From Promethearchaeia archaeon (GTDB lineage Archaea > Asgardarchaeota > Lokiarchaeia > Sigyniarchaeales > SOKP01): 64,000 bases of DNA. The stretch covers positions 1 to 64,000 of the forward strand of contig JAWOCD010000084.1 in assembly GCA_046483985.1 (NCBI GenBank), written 5' to 3'. Shown here piece after piece: positions 1-9,359 of this stretch. The notes under the pieces were generated by a model. The model did no database searches and was not told where the DNA came from. It saw nothing but the letters and a program-made list of their open reading frames with translations. The position numbers and the translations under genes were made by a program. Within the stretch, counting starts at the first letter, position 1; each line of letters begins with the position of its first letter.

Positions 1-98
1 TCATCTAAACTGTACATTAAAATGGTTTCTGCGGGTTTTAATTCAAGTTTCGGATGGATTAAGATTTCAAATTCTGCTCTTATCTTATCTTTTCCCAT
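1..98 (-). CDS. Partial hypothetical protein (5' end; runs off the window edge)
   Basis: ATG at 98, open frame MGKDKIRAEFEILIHPKLELKPAETILMYSLD to position 1. Confidence 0.5.
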   Translation of the reverse strand, partial: MGKDKIRAEFEILIHPKLELKPAETILMYSLD

Positions 99-224
99 AG
101 TAGTCACTATTCGATAAAAAATTTAATTCCAATTTTGATGTAATTCAAATAAAATTTAATTACTTTAAGTTTTATATTTTACTAAAAATAAAGCATATTA
201 TAATAAAAATTTCATTTGATAATC

Positions 225-1322
225 ATGCCTACTTGCTATCATTGCGGGAAACAAATTAGCGAGAACGGAGCCCATACATGTCCAGAATGTGGTCAAACGT
301 ATTGTCATATCCATAAAGAACCAGTAGATCATGAATGTAATATTGTCCAAGAGTTTTTGAACAACTCGCAGTATCAGCCATCTACCACCCATTATCAAAA
401 TCCCGCACAATCAAATTTTATCCCAGTGGGACAGACCTCTCCGAGTTTTCAAGAGAGAATCGATCAAGATCAGACGCCCCCTCAAGAGCATTTACAACAG
501 ATAGGGGAAGAGGAATCAATAACGACCGGAGTTCGCGGGACTACGGACGGAAGCTTTACGTGGTATCGTCAAGAACGGTATGTTCCGGAGAATGCCTTCA
601 GCGAAGGTTCGGATATTGAATTTAAAGGTATTTTATTTCCGTATAAATCTGAATTCATGCATTTACTGATTGGAGCAGGCCTGATTTTCACTATCGGACT
701 TATCGGTTTCTACAATGAGCAATTAATCAACCAAGGGTTAATGTGGGCGGTTTTTATGTTAGCAGGATTCTACACCACCGCATTTTTATTTCATGAATTG
801 GGGCATCGGCAAGTGGCAAGACATTTTAATTTCCAGACCAAATTTCGACTACTTACTTTTGGAATGATATTGACGGCATTTGGGTTAATTTCGGGAATTA
901 TAGGGTTGTTATCTCCAGATATCCCAACGCTCCCCATTTTGGCTCTCCCTGGAGCGGTGGTAGTTCTGGGCTTAGATAAGGTCAATCGAAAAACAGGACT
1001 TTGTAAGGCTGCAGGACCGAGTATAAATTTAGTTTACGGAACAATATTATTAATCTTGTCATTCTTACTTGATCCTGATTTATATCCCTTAAATCTATTC
1101 GTTGGACTAGCAGCTGGATTAAACTTTACTTTAGGGATCTTTAATATGATTCCGCTCGGCATTTTAGACGGCAAGAATATTTTTAAGTGGAATATGGGAG
1201 TTTATTTTTTCCTTTTCATATCGTTGCTTATATTATTGATCATTACATATGCCAGCGTGTATGCTCCAGCAGCGACAAATCCGTATCTACCAGAAGAAAT
1301 TAGAGCACTTTATCAGAATTAA
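225..1322 (+). CDS. AN1-type zinc finger fused to M50 (site-2) intramembrane metalloprotease
   Basis: CYHC..CPEC..CHIH..HEC AN1 pattern; HELGH zinc motif, AAGP and NMIPLGILDG motifs; several TM helices; ATG 225 preferred over TTG 216. Confidence 0.85.
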   Translation: MPTCYHCGKQISENGAHTCPECGQTYCHIHKEPVDHECNIVQEFLNNSQYQPSTTHYQNPAQSNFIPVGQTSPSFQERIDQDQTPPQEHLQQIGEEESITTGVRGTTDGSFTWYRQERYVPENAFSEGSDIEFKGILFPYKSEFMHLLIGAGLIFTIGLIGFYNEQLINQGLMWAVFMLAGFYTTAFLFHELGHRQVARHFNFQTKFRLLTFGMILTAFGLISGIIGLLSPDIPTLPILALPGAVVVLGLDKVNRKTGLCKAAGPSINLVYGTILLILSFLLDPDLYPLNLFVGLAAGLNFTLGIFNMIPLGILDGKNIFKWNMGVYFFLFISLLILLIITYASVYAPAATNPYLPEEIRALYQN

Positions 1323-1420
1323 AATATTAAAAAGAAAAAATAAAAAGTTAACAAGAATTACCATCAATGAGAAAGTAGAAAAATTTAAAGCCAGAAATTA
1401 TTTTAAAAATTAAATTATGT

Positions 1421-2383
1421 GTGAGTATTGTGCCCTATTGTGAACATTGTGGAAAAGAGATCGGTTATCTACCATTTAAATGCCGTTATTGCGGTGGAAC
1501 ATTTTGCAAAAAACATCGGTTACCCGAAAATCATGACTGCACGTTTGAATTAAAACATACCCCAACAGTTCCAACCCCCTCAACACCCACAAAAAGAACT
1601 CTCTATCAAGACCAAAACGAGGGAAAACAATATGAGGATTCACAAAAAAGGGATATAAAAAAATATCTAAAGCAACAACGTCGGCGAACTAGACCGAAAT
1701 CAAGCTTTTTTGGGCAAAGAGGATTAAGCAAGAAGGGAACTTCTGCAACATCAATCATAATCATCTTAATTGTAATTTTTTCTATTGCAGGCACTATTTT
1801 TCCTTTATTTTTCAACTTAAGCCTATTCGGATTATCCCATTATTACTTCTGGACAATTGCAACTTCCTTGTTCGTAAGCGGCTCCTCAATAGGTCCAATG
1901 GGTGACCTTTTTACCTTATTATTTCTTTTTATATTGATAATTTTCTTGTATAATATTGCAAAGAGTTTAGAAATCCAGTTTGGGTCAAAATTTGTACTCC
2001 AGCTATATCTATTTTGCTGCTTGATGACGGGATTATTTTATTTTCTTATTCGTTTGATATTGGCGATCGCTGATTATCCCTTAAATCTAGATGCAGGAGT
2101 CTATATTGGACTCGCAACCGGAGGGATTTTGGGGTTGATTTCCTTTTTGGTCTACTTCAATCCGAATCGGGAAATGATGCTCTTTTGTTATTTTATCCCT
2201 ATACGAATGAAGGGGAAATTATTGGTTATTATCCTCATCTTAATGCGCTTGATTCCAGGTCTACTATTTGCTATATCTTCACCCGGATATTTAGCGTTAT
2301 ATCTTCCCGATCTGGGCGGTATTTTAGGATCTTATCTCCTCTTTTACAAGAATTACAAGACACGAAATAGCAGGCGATTCTAA
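1421..2383 (+). CDS. AN1-type zinc finger fused to rhomboid-superfamily membrane domain, probably catalytically inactive
   Basis: CEHC..CRYC..CKKH..HDC; rhomboid-like segments WTIATSLF, KSLEIQFGS, GLATGGILG, PDLGGILG with the catalytic Ser/His positions altered. Confidence 0.8.
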   Translation: MSIVPYCEHCGKEIGYLPFKCRYCGGTFCKKHRLPENHDCTFELKHTPTVPTPSTPTKRTLYQDQNEGKQYEDSQKRDIKKYLKQQRRRTRPKSSFFGQRGLSKKGTSATSIIIILIVIFSIAGTIFPLFFNLSLFGLSHYYFWTIATSLFVSGSSIGPMGDLFTLLFLFILIIFLYNIAKSLEIQFGSKFVLQLYLFCCLMTGLFYFLIRLILAIADYPLNLDAGVYIGLATGGILGLISFLVYFNPNREMMLFCYFIPIRMKGKLLVIILILMRLIPGLLFAISSPGYLALYLPDLGGILGSYLLFYKNYKTRNSRRF

Positions 2384-2482
2384 TTTTTATCAGTTAAAAT
2401 CTAAAAAAATAATATCAACCCTTCATTTTTTATGGTTAATTAATCAATAATTATTTTCAAATTTCTTCTCAATTCACTTATT

Positions 2483-3151
2483 ATGTCCGAAAAAAATCAA
2501 CATGAAAGAATAATTGAGCTCAACGAGGATTTAGTATCAAATAACGACAATCTTGCCCTGAAGAACCAGCAGAAATTGGAAGAATATAAGATTAAATCAT
2601 TTGATGTAGTGGGAGCAATCGGAGCAGGAAAAACTGCTTTAATAGAGACAATAGTTGAAAAGATTAAGGATAAGAAGGTTCTCGTGCTGAATGGAGATGT
2701 AAGCACCACTATTGATGCCAATAGAATTAAACAACATGGAGTCAAGTCCATACAGATTAATACGGGGAGGGAATGCGCCTTAAATTCGTACCACATTTCT
2801 CAAGTTTTAAAAAATATTGATTTAGAAGATTATAAAGGAGGATTAATATTTATCGAAAATGTGGGGAATTTAATATGTCCCTCTGATTTCATTTTAGGGG
2901 CAGACAAACGGATCGTCGTTGTATCCGTCACCGAGGGGCCTTGGGTTGTACGAAAGCATCCATTGTTATTTAAAATGTCAGATCTCGCAATTATTAATAA
3001 ATTTGACTTAAAAGAACATATGGATGTAAGCATCGATGAGATGAAAAAAGATGTCTCAGAGATAAATCCCAATTTGCAAACGATCATTACCAGTGCAAAA
3101 ACCGGTAAAGGACTTAATCAAGTAATGGAAGCTTTAGGAATACAAATTTAA
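2483..3151 (+). CDS. hypB: Hydrogenase nickel incorporation GTPase HypB
   Basis: GAIGAGKT, QINTGREC, ENVGNLICP, NKFD, SAKTG motifs. Confidence 0.92.
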   Translation: MSEKNQHERIIELNEDLVSNNDNLALKNQQKLEEYKIKSFDVVGAIGAGKTALIETIVEKIKDKKVLVLNGDVSTTIDANRIKQHGVKSIQINTGRECALNSYHISQVLKNIDLEDYKGGLIFIENVGNLICPSDFILGADKRIVVVSVTEGPWVVRKHPLLFKMSDLAIINKFDLKEHMDVSIDEMKKDVSEINPNLQTIITSAKTGKGLNQVMEALGIQI

Positions 3152-3224
3152 AAAATAGGATTATAGAAGAAAATAAAAATAATTAAAAATTAAAAAATAG
3201 CAAAATCAAAGTGAATAAAATCAT

Positions 3225-3641
3225 ATGACACGTCAATTTAACATCCAACTTAACAATATGGTAGACAACATGGTTAAAGTTCATATTGGCGATGAAAAAT
3301 ATTTCGTTGGCCAATTAAAGGGGATATCTGAATCATCGAGTTTAATATTAACGAATGCCAAAAATGAAAAAGGACAAAAATTCCCCAAACTTTATATTCA
3401 GAGTGCTTATTATAATTTTGTTAGTTTAGAAGAAGAGCCTTTTCCAATGGAAGCATTAGCAAAAAGAATCGGCAAAGTTTTCCCAAAGGGACACGTGAAA
3501 TATTTAGATGAACAAAATGTTATTTCTATCCTAAATGGAAAAATTAGAGTTGATGAGGATGGGGTTAGAGGAAGCGGGCCCTCAGCTGAACGAGTAAAAA
3601 AGATTTTTGAGCAATTTAAACTGGATATAGAGTCAGAATAG
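3225..3641 (+). CDS. Sm/Lsm RNA-binding protein with C-terminal extension (SmAP3-type)
   Basis: Sm1-like FVGQLKGI..SLILTNA plus C-terminal domain ending GSGPSAERVKKIFEQF. Confidence 0.8.
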   Translation: MTRQFNIQLNNMVDNMVKVHIGDEKYFVGQLKGISESSSLILTNAKNEKGQKFPKLYIQSAYYNFVSLEEEPFPMEALAKRIGKVFPKGHVKYLDEQNVISILNGKIRVDEDGVRGSGPSAERVKKIFEQFKLDIESE

Positions 3642-3679
3642 CCATAATCATAATTTTATTTTTCTTATTATTTTTAATT

Positions 3680-4222
3680 TTAATCCGATGATGTTTCTTG
3701 TTGAAAAATATCAATTAAATTTTTAACTTTTAGATTTTGAATGATATTTTTCATAATCGCTTTACCTAAAGGAGTAACCTTTACAATTTCTAAATTTTCA
3801 ACCTTTATTTTTCTCAAATAATCATTTTCGATAAGAAATTGAACATCCGTATCCCAGAGATCCGAAAATAATTCTTTTAAATCTTCGAGCTTAATATCTT
3901 CGTTGACCTCTTTTGTCAAAGCAATAATTAGCGCAAGAGTTCCATATTGACTAGGGGAAATAGAATCATCTTTCCCGACAGTCGTTAAAAGGTAATACTT
4001 TTGATTTAGGAATGTGGACGTTACCAATTCAAACCCAATATCTTTTAGTCTTTGGTAAATTTCAGCAATAACATCCTCAAACTTAAGAGATTTATGACAG
4101 AGCACACGCAAATCTTCTTCTCTTATCATTTTAGATTGATTGGTTAGTATAAGATTGGTTATCTTTTTCACGGTGCTTTCAAAGCTTACATTTTTTTCGG
4201 AATTTTCCATACATAATTTCAC
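3680..4222 (-). CDS. Tandem winged-helix protein, NSE3/MAGE-like (KITE-like)
   Basis: FEDVIAEIYQRLKDIGFELV..KYYLLT and GTLALIIAL..IKLEDLKELF..VTPLGK; likely start ATG 4210 after AGGTGA. Confidence 0.55.
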   Translation of the reverse strand: MKLCMENSEKNVSFESTVKKITNLILTNQSKMIREEDLRVLCHKSLKFEDVIAEIYQRLKDIGFELVTSTFLNQKYYLLTTVGKDDSISPSQYGTLALIIALTKEVNEDIKLEDLKELFSDLWDTDVQFLIENDYLRKIKVENLEIVKVTPLGKAIMKNIIQNLKVKNLIDIFQQETSSD

Positions 4223-4229
4223 CTTTTGT

Positions 4230-5837
4230 TTATTCGTTATTTTTATTTATTAGATTAATTACTTTTGTATTTTTAATTTGTCTTTTCATATGCAATTTTG
4301 AAATTAAATAAATAAGTTTATAGGTATTTAAGGGAGGGTTTTGCTCGAAAACGGGAATTGTTTTTCTGATTGTTCTGAATAGAGATCCCCGCTTATTAAA
4401 ATTAGCTGGTAAAAAAAGATTAGAAAATACAATTTCTTCCCTCCCTAAAACTATAAAACATGATAAATAAAAACAGATTCCAAAATATACTCTTTCGGGG
4501 GTGGTCAGCCCTTTAATATCAATTTTTTCTTTGCCTTTCCGAATAAAGGACAGATAAATACTTAATTCATTTTTATTAAATTTTATTTTAAAATTACTAA
4601 CCAGGTGGATTTCTTTGATTAAAACGTTAATAGTTTTCTCTAGATCTAAAAGATATTGATCAAGCGTTCGAATTTTTCCAATCTCTTCCCTTGCTTTCTC
4701 AATGAGATTTTGGTCTATTTCGGAGTAAGATGACAATTTTTCTTTTAATATTTGGAACTGTTCTCGTACTGAAGCGAATACGTCCTTAGGCTTTTTTTGA
4801 AAATCTGGATACTGTGTTTCGAACTGATTAATCTTCCTCGTAATAGATTCAATTTCTCTTCTTAACTGTTCCGGCGATTTTGCAACATCAATTTCCTTAA
4901 TATCTATATTTTGAAGATCTTTCTCATTACTCAGAGCTTGATTTAATTCCTCTTGAATTTCAGATTTACGTTCTTTATCTTTTTCTATTGATTCTTTTAA
5001 TTTATTAAAATCGTTTTCCAACTTTTCATATTTAGGTAAAATTTCATTAAGAGCTTCTCTCTTCTCGTTTATTTCTTTTCTAATCTTTTTAGTCCCATAT
5101 TGGCATTCTCTAGCTTGTTTTTGTAAAGCTAAAATTCGATCTGATTTAGATAAACTGGTATCATCATCAATAAGTCCCCCTAAATCTGTTTTATTTTTAT
5201 TTGCTTGTTTTTTGCCTTCCATTTGCCTGGTTATACTATTAATTCGGCGAAAACATTGCTTTTTTTTCTTATTCAAGTTTTGAATTTGCTTCTTTTTCTC
5301 ATTAATGTGGGATTTAATTTGGTTCACTTGGTTTTTATATTTATAATAATCTTCCTTGAGATATGCTAAATTTTTTTTATTTTTCTTGATGGCCTGAGTG
5401 AGTTTTTCTAAAAGGTCTGTTTTGGCCGAAATCGTATTAGATTTATGTTTAAGCTTAGCCAATTTTAAATCATTGGATAAGGTATTTTTTGTTTGCTTTA
5501 GTTCCAAGTAATTCATAAGGCTCTTGAGTTCTTCAATAAGTTTTATATATGTTTCAAGTGAAGCAAGATTTGTCTCCATAATAGAGTGAAACTCTTGTAC
5601 AATATCTAAAATCCTAAACCCTGTTTTGTATTCAGTAAAATCTTTTAAATCATTTTCAAAAATTTTAATGAAATCAACTAGGGAGATCCTTTCAATTTCA
5701 GAAAGAACTTTATTAATTTGATCTACTTCCTTTTCTTTATATTTATCTATCTCATTTTCTTCAAACTTTCCCAAAACTACTGTATAATCTTCATCAACGG
5801 AAATCTTTTCATTATTTAGATTTATAGTATCCATCAT
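4230..5837 (-). CDS. Short SMC-like coiled-coil protein with degenerate ABC-ATPase head
   Basis: About 350 aa of coiled coil; C-terminal LTTPER at the LSGGE position, then hydrophobic helix and IVFSN at Walker B; N-terminal YTVVLG with no GKS. Confidence 0.55.
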   Translation of the reverse strand: MMDTINLNNEKISVDEDYTVVLGKFEENEIDKYKEKEVDQINKVLSEIERISLVDFIKIFENDLKDFTEYKTGFRILDIVQEFHSIMETNLASLETYIKLIEELKSLMNYLELKQTKNTLSNDLKLAKLKHKSNTISAKTDLLEKLTQAIKKNKKNLAYLKEDYYKYKNQVNQIKSHINEKKKQIQNLNKKKKQCFRRINSITRQMEGKKQANKNKTDLGGLIDDDTSLSKSDRILALQKQARECQYGTKKIRKEINEKREALNEILPKYEKLENDFNKLKESIEKDKERKSEIQEELNQALSNEKDLQNIDIKEIDVAKSPEQLRREIESITRKINQFETQYPDFQKKPKDVFASVREQFQILKEKLSSYSEIDQNLIEKAREEIGKIRTLDQYLLDLEKTINVLIKEIHLVSNFKIKFNKNELSIYLSFIRKGKEKIDIKGLTTPERVYFGICFYLSCFIVLGREEIVFSNLFLPANFNKRGSLFRTIRKTIPVFEQNPPLNTYKLIYLISKLHMKRQIKNTKVINLINKNNE

Positions 5838-5848
5838 GATCTCTGGAA

Positions 5849-6886
5849 TTATTTCTTTTGAATGCTGTCTTTATATTTTTTATATTCTTTTCTTTTTTTT
5901 TCTTTTCTTTCCCGTACAATATCAAGGGGACTTTTATCTTCCTCTTCTTCCTTCATATATTTTTTATGAAATGAACGATCTAATTTAGACTTAAATTTAT
6001 CTATTTTTTCAGCAACCTCATCACTCATTTCCCGGTCTTCTGATGGTTTATTCTGCAACTCTGATAGCTTTTTTCTTCTTTTTCTCCGTCTTCGTCTTTC
6101 AAATTCCCTTTCAGAATATTTAAAATAATCTTGATATGAACCTTTTGTAGATTTTAATTGTTTTTCTTGTTTTTCTTTTAATTTTTGCAGCTCTTCCTCT
6201 TTTCTGATTTTTTTTATTATTTTTGACTTATCCTCTATATCCTTCTTTGTTAATTTTGCTTTGAGATCATCATAAAACTCTGTAAAAGTTATTGAGGGAT
6301 CCTGGATGAACTGTTTTTTAAATTCCTTAATTATTGCTTGGTCAATATGGTCGGGAATCTTACTTAATTCTTCACTTAGTTTTCTTTCAATTAAAACATC
6401 ATAGTAATCGCTGATTTTTTTAATAGTGGTTTGGAATAAGGAATTATTTTTTAAAGAATCGGTAAGATCTAACCATTGGGAGGTTCCTAATGATGAGATA
6501 AAGGATACGTTTTCGATAATAATACTAGTGGCTTTTCTATCAATCAGTTTAAGTCCAATAGTTTTGGTTTTTTCAGAATCTATGTTAAATTGCTTGAGCT
6601 TTTCCTTAAACGTTTCTTTATATTTACTAATTAAAAGTTCTTTTAGGTTAAGAAATTGGTTAATATTTTTATTGGAAATCTTAACTAAATCGTTTTTAAT
6701 ATCTTTTATAATGGATTTAATCTGTTCAAATTCTCTAACAAGGGCACTATCCTTAATTTCGGTTTTAGACTCACATTCATTGAAATCCTCTGATACGTCT
6801 TTAAGGGATTGCAAGTCTCCTTGCACAGAATTAATTGGATCTGTTATCTCTTTAATTTTTTTCATTTCAAATAATTCATTCTCCAT
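5849..6886 (-). CDS. Hypothetical helical/coiled-coil protein with basic C-terminal tail
   Basis: 345-aa ORF, GGAGG upstream, operon spacing, ERRRRRKRRKK tract. Confidence 0.75.
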   Translation of the reverse strand: MENELFEMKKIKEITDPINSVQGDLQSLKDVSEDFNECESKTEIKDSALVREFEQIKSIIKDIKNDLVKISNKNINQFLNLKELLISKYKETFKEKLKQFNIDSEKTKTIGLKLIDRKATSIIIENVSFISSLGTSQWLDLTDSLKNNSLFQTTIKKISDYYDVLIERKLSEELSKIPDHIDQAIIKEFKKQFIQDPSITFTEFYDDLKAKLTKKDIEDKSKIIKKIRKEEELQKLKEKQEKQLKSTKGSYQDYFKYSEREFERRRRRKRRKKLSELQNKPSEDREMSDEVAEKIDKFKSKLDRSFHKKYMKEEEEDKSPLDIVRERKEKKRKEYKKYKDSIQKK

Positions 6887-6917
6887 AATAAAAACCTCCT
6901 AATTAGTTTTAAATGAA

Positions 6918-8018
6918 TTAAATTTCTGGTGGTCCGGAAGATGATGGTCTCCGTCCAGTTCCTTTTTTTGAGGATGGCTCTGCGGGAGCACTTAAATACT
7001 CTTGTCTTTTTACGTGAATGGCTGTTCCTCCCACTAACTCTAACGAATTGTAAAACATGTCAAATGTTAATAACTCAGCATTAAGGCTTTTGAATAGTGC
7101 CACTCGTGTACCTCTCTCGATATCAGAACCGGAATATCCAGATGTCAATTTCAATAAGCCCTGCTTTACTCCTTTCTTTTCTACTGTATTCCACAAAACT
7201 TCTGCATCTTCAAACTCATCAATTGAACGACCTAACCTTCTCTCTAATTCCTTAACAGAACTCTTAATTTTCTCATACTCTGAATTTAAACGCGTTATTA
7301 TTGAATCATCCAATCCTATTTTAGCATCCTTTAAAGTCCCAATAAAAGATTCAATAATTTTCTTCCTCAAATGATAATCCGGAAAGTCAAATTTTAAATG
7401 GAAGGTAAATCGGCGCCAGATGGCACTATCCAACTGGTGTTGATGATTTGTAGCACCAATTATGGCGAGCGGATATCCTTGATAATTTACTTTATCGATA
7501 ACTTGTAGGAAAGAAATTACCGCCCTTTTAATTTCACCTACTTCATGCACATTTGACCTTTCGGAGCCGATAGCATCAATTTCGTCAAAAAATAATACAA
7601 ACGACCCCCTGGCTTTTGCAATATCCCCCGCCAATTCAACTACCCGTCGAATATTTTTAATTGTATCTCCTAAAAGAGGGGAAACTAATCTGTCGGATTC
7701 AACCACGCAAATGGGAATTTTGTATTTTTTGGCAAAACCACGGGTTAAGGATGTTTTTCCCGTCCCTGGAGGGCCGTATAACAACATAGTTAAATTAGGT
7801 GTGAGCTTGGTCTCTTTAAGTTTTTCAAAAATATCCTTATATTTTTTGAGCACTTGAAAGAAATCATTTAGTCTGTCTTTTTTCTTCTCGTTTCCCAAAA
7901 TATCATCAACAGTCTCCTTAATATCATCTGGGAAATAGACCATCCCAAACTTCCCTAATAAATCCTTAATATCATCATCAGTATATTCTCCTGATCTTTC
8001 ATTTGTAGATTGTGTCAT
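6918..8018 (-). CDS. Single-domain classic-clade AAA+ ATPase
   Basis: Walker A GPPGTGKT, Walker B FFDE, SRH ATNHQHQLDSAIWRRF, GYSGSDI. Confidence 0.92.
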   Translation of the reverse strand: MTQSTNERSGEYTDDDIKDLLGKFGMVYFPDDIKETVDDILGNEKKKDRLNDFFQVLKKYKDIFEKLKETKLTPNLTMLLYGPPGTGKTSLTRGFAKKYKIPICVVESDRLVSPLLGDTIKNIRRVVELAGDIAKARGSFVLFFDEIDAIGSERSNVHEVGEIKRAVISFLQVIDKVNYQGYPLAIIGATNHQHQLDSAIWRRFTFHLKFDFPDYHLRKKIIESFIGTLKDAKIGLDDSIITRLNSEYEKIKSSVKELERRLGRSIDEFEDAEVLWNTVEKKGVKQGLLKLTSGYSGSDIERGTRVALFKSLNAELLTFDMFYNSLELVGGTAIHVKRQEYLSAPAEPSSKKGTGRRPSSSGPPEI

Positions 8019-8043
8019 ACTCTTTCTCTCTTTAAATTAATAT

Positions 8044-9333
8044 TTAGTTTTTTTCTAAGTCTAAATTTCTTGTATAATTTGCTATATCATCTATTAAATC
8101 TTGTAAATTGTCTATTTCTGCTCCAATAAAATTAAAAATTTCCTTTCGATATTGGACAGAATCTCTTATTTTCATCTTATCAAGCCCTAAATAATTTGGA
8201 AAACATATAAGTTTCATTAAGTAGGGCAAAATCTTTTCATTAGTTTGTAAATCCTTAAAAATTGGATAAAAAATGTTTTCCTCGGATAACTTCCATTTTA
8301 AAATCCCCATATAAACTAAAAATGCAAAATTCATTGCTATCCAGTTTACTAATTCCTTGCTAAGAAATCCCCGGCGCATGCTGGCAAACGCAAGGTAATA
8401 TAACACTAAGGTCTCATTACTAAATTGAGGTACCAGACGAATCTTTCCATCTGATTGTTTATTTTCCCGTAAATAATTATTTTCAAGAAGGATATCAACA
8501 AAGTTTTCGGTGGGGGCTAAAAAAATTCCGTCAATTATTCGTAATCCCATTCGTTCAGCAACCGCTGAAATAGCTTCTTCTTCGGCGTTCGCAATAGATT
8601 GAATAAAAGGTTCAAATATTTCGCTTTTAAGAATCATGGGAATCTCATATTCCTCTCGTTCTGGAAATATCCCATAATTGGGATCAAGATTAAATAATGA
8701 AGTTATGTTATTGATAATCTTATAAACTTTAGGCGACACCCCGGGAATTTGGAAAAAATCGCCGCTTTCTAGGTTTTCCCGGTAATAGGTATGGGGCATT
8801 AAGATATGTCTTTGGCATTCGTAAAACTCTGGTACATATTCCAACAATTTTGAGTAAATAGCATGTACACTTCCCCCTCTCGGAAAAATAATTTCTTCAA
8901 TATATTTCACCAGCTGATAAAGATAGGTTTTTTCCAGATTATTTTGGTCAGGATTTGTAATAGATTGTAAAATTCGGAGTGCCTCAACAGCCTCATAAAG
9001 AAAATCGATAATATAATCTTTCACATCTATCAGAGAAATCTTATCACGAAATTTTAAGACAAAGTCTTTTATGATTTCATAGACATTAGAGCGATACATA
9101 GCTGAAAACTCAGCAAGAGCTTTTACCTTTCGTACATTTCTTTTTTCCTCTCTTTCCCGAATTTTATCGATGATGGAAATATCCATGAGTAAATCTGGGT
9201 CTAGTCCTTTCATAATCCTCCGTGTTTCCCGAAGGACCGGTTTCATATGACTAATAAAGGTTAGATATCGAGGTAAGATATCCGTCCATTTCTCTCGTTT
9301 TCTGGTTGTTGAGTATTTTCTCTTTTTAGGCAT
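8044..9333 (-). CDS. Hypothetical protein (429 aa, helical)
   Basis: Long ORF, AGGTG upstream, operon spacing; no family recognised. Confidence 0.75.
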   Translation of the reverse strand: MPKKRKYSTTRKREKWTDILPRYLTFISHMKPVLRETRRIMKGLDPDLLMDISIIDKIREREEKRNVRKVKALAEFSAMYRSNVYEIIKDFVLKFRDKISLIDVKDYIIDFLYEAVEALRILQSITNPDQNNLEKTYLYQLVKYIEEIIFPRGGSVHAIYSKLLEYVPEFYECQRHILMPHTYYRENLESGDFFQIPGVSPKVYKIINNITSLFNLDPNYGIFPEREEYEIPMILKSEIFEPFIQSIANAEEEAISAVAERMGLRIIDGIFLAPTENFVDILLENNYLRENKQSDGKIRLVPQFSNETLVLYYLAFASMRRGFLSKELVNWIAMNFAFLVYMGILKWKLSEENIFYPIFKDLQTNEKILPYLMKLICFPNYLGLDKMKIRDSVQYRKEIFNFIGAEIDNLQDLIDDIANYTRNLDLEKN

Positions 9334-9359
9334 AATAACACCTGATGATTGTTAATTTT

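Noticed and set aside
6918-8018. Calling the ATPase Vps4/CdvC
   Set aside because: No N-terminal MIT domain, no aromatic pore loop, and no clear ESCRT-III neighbour
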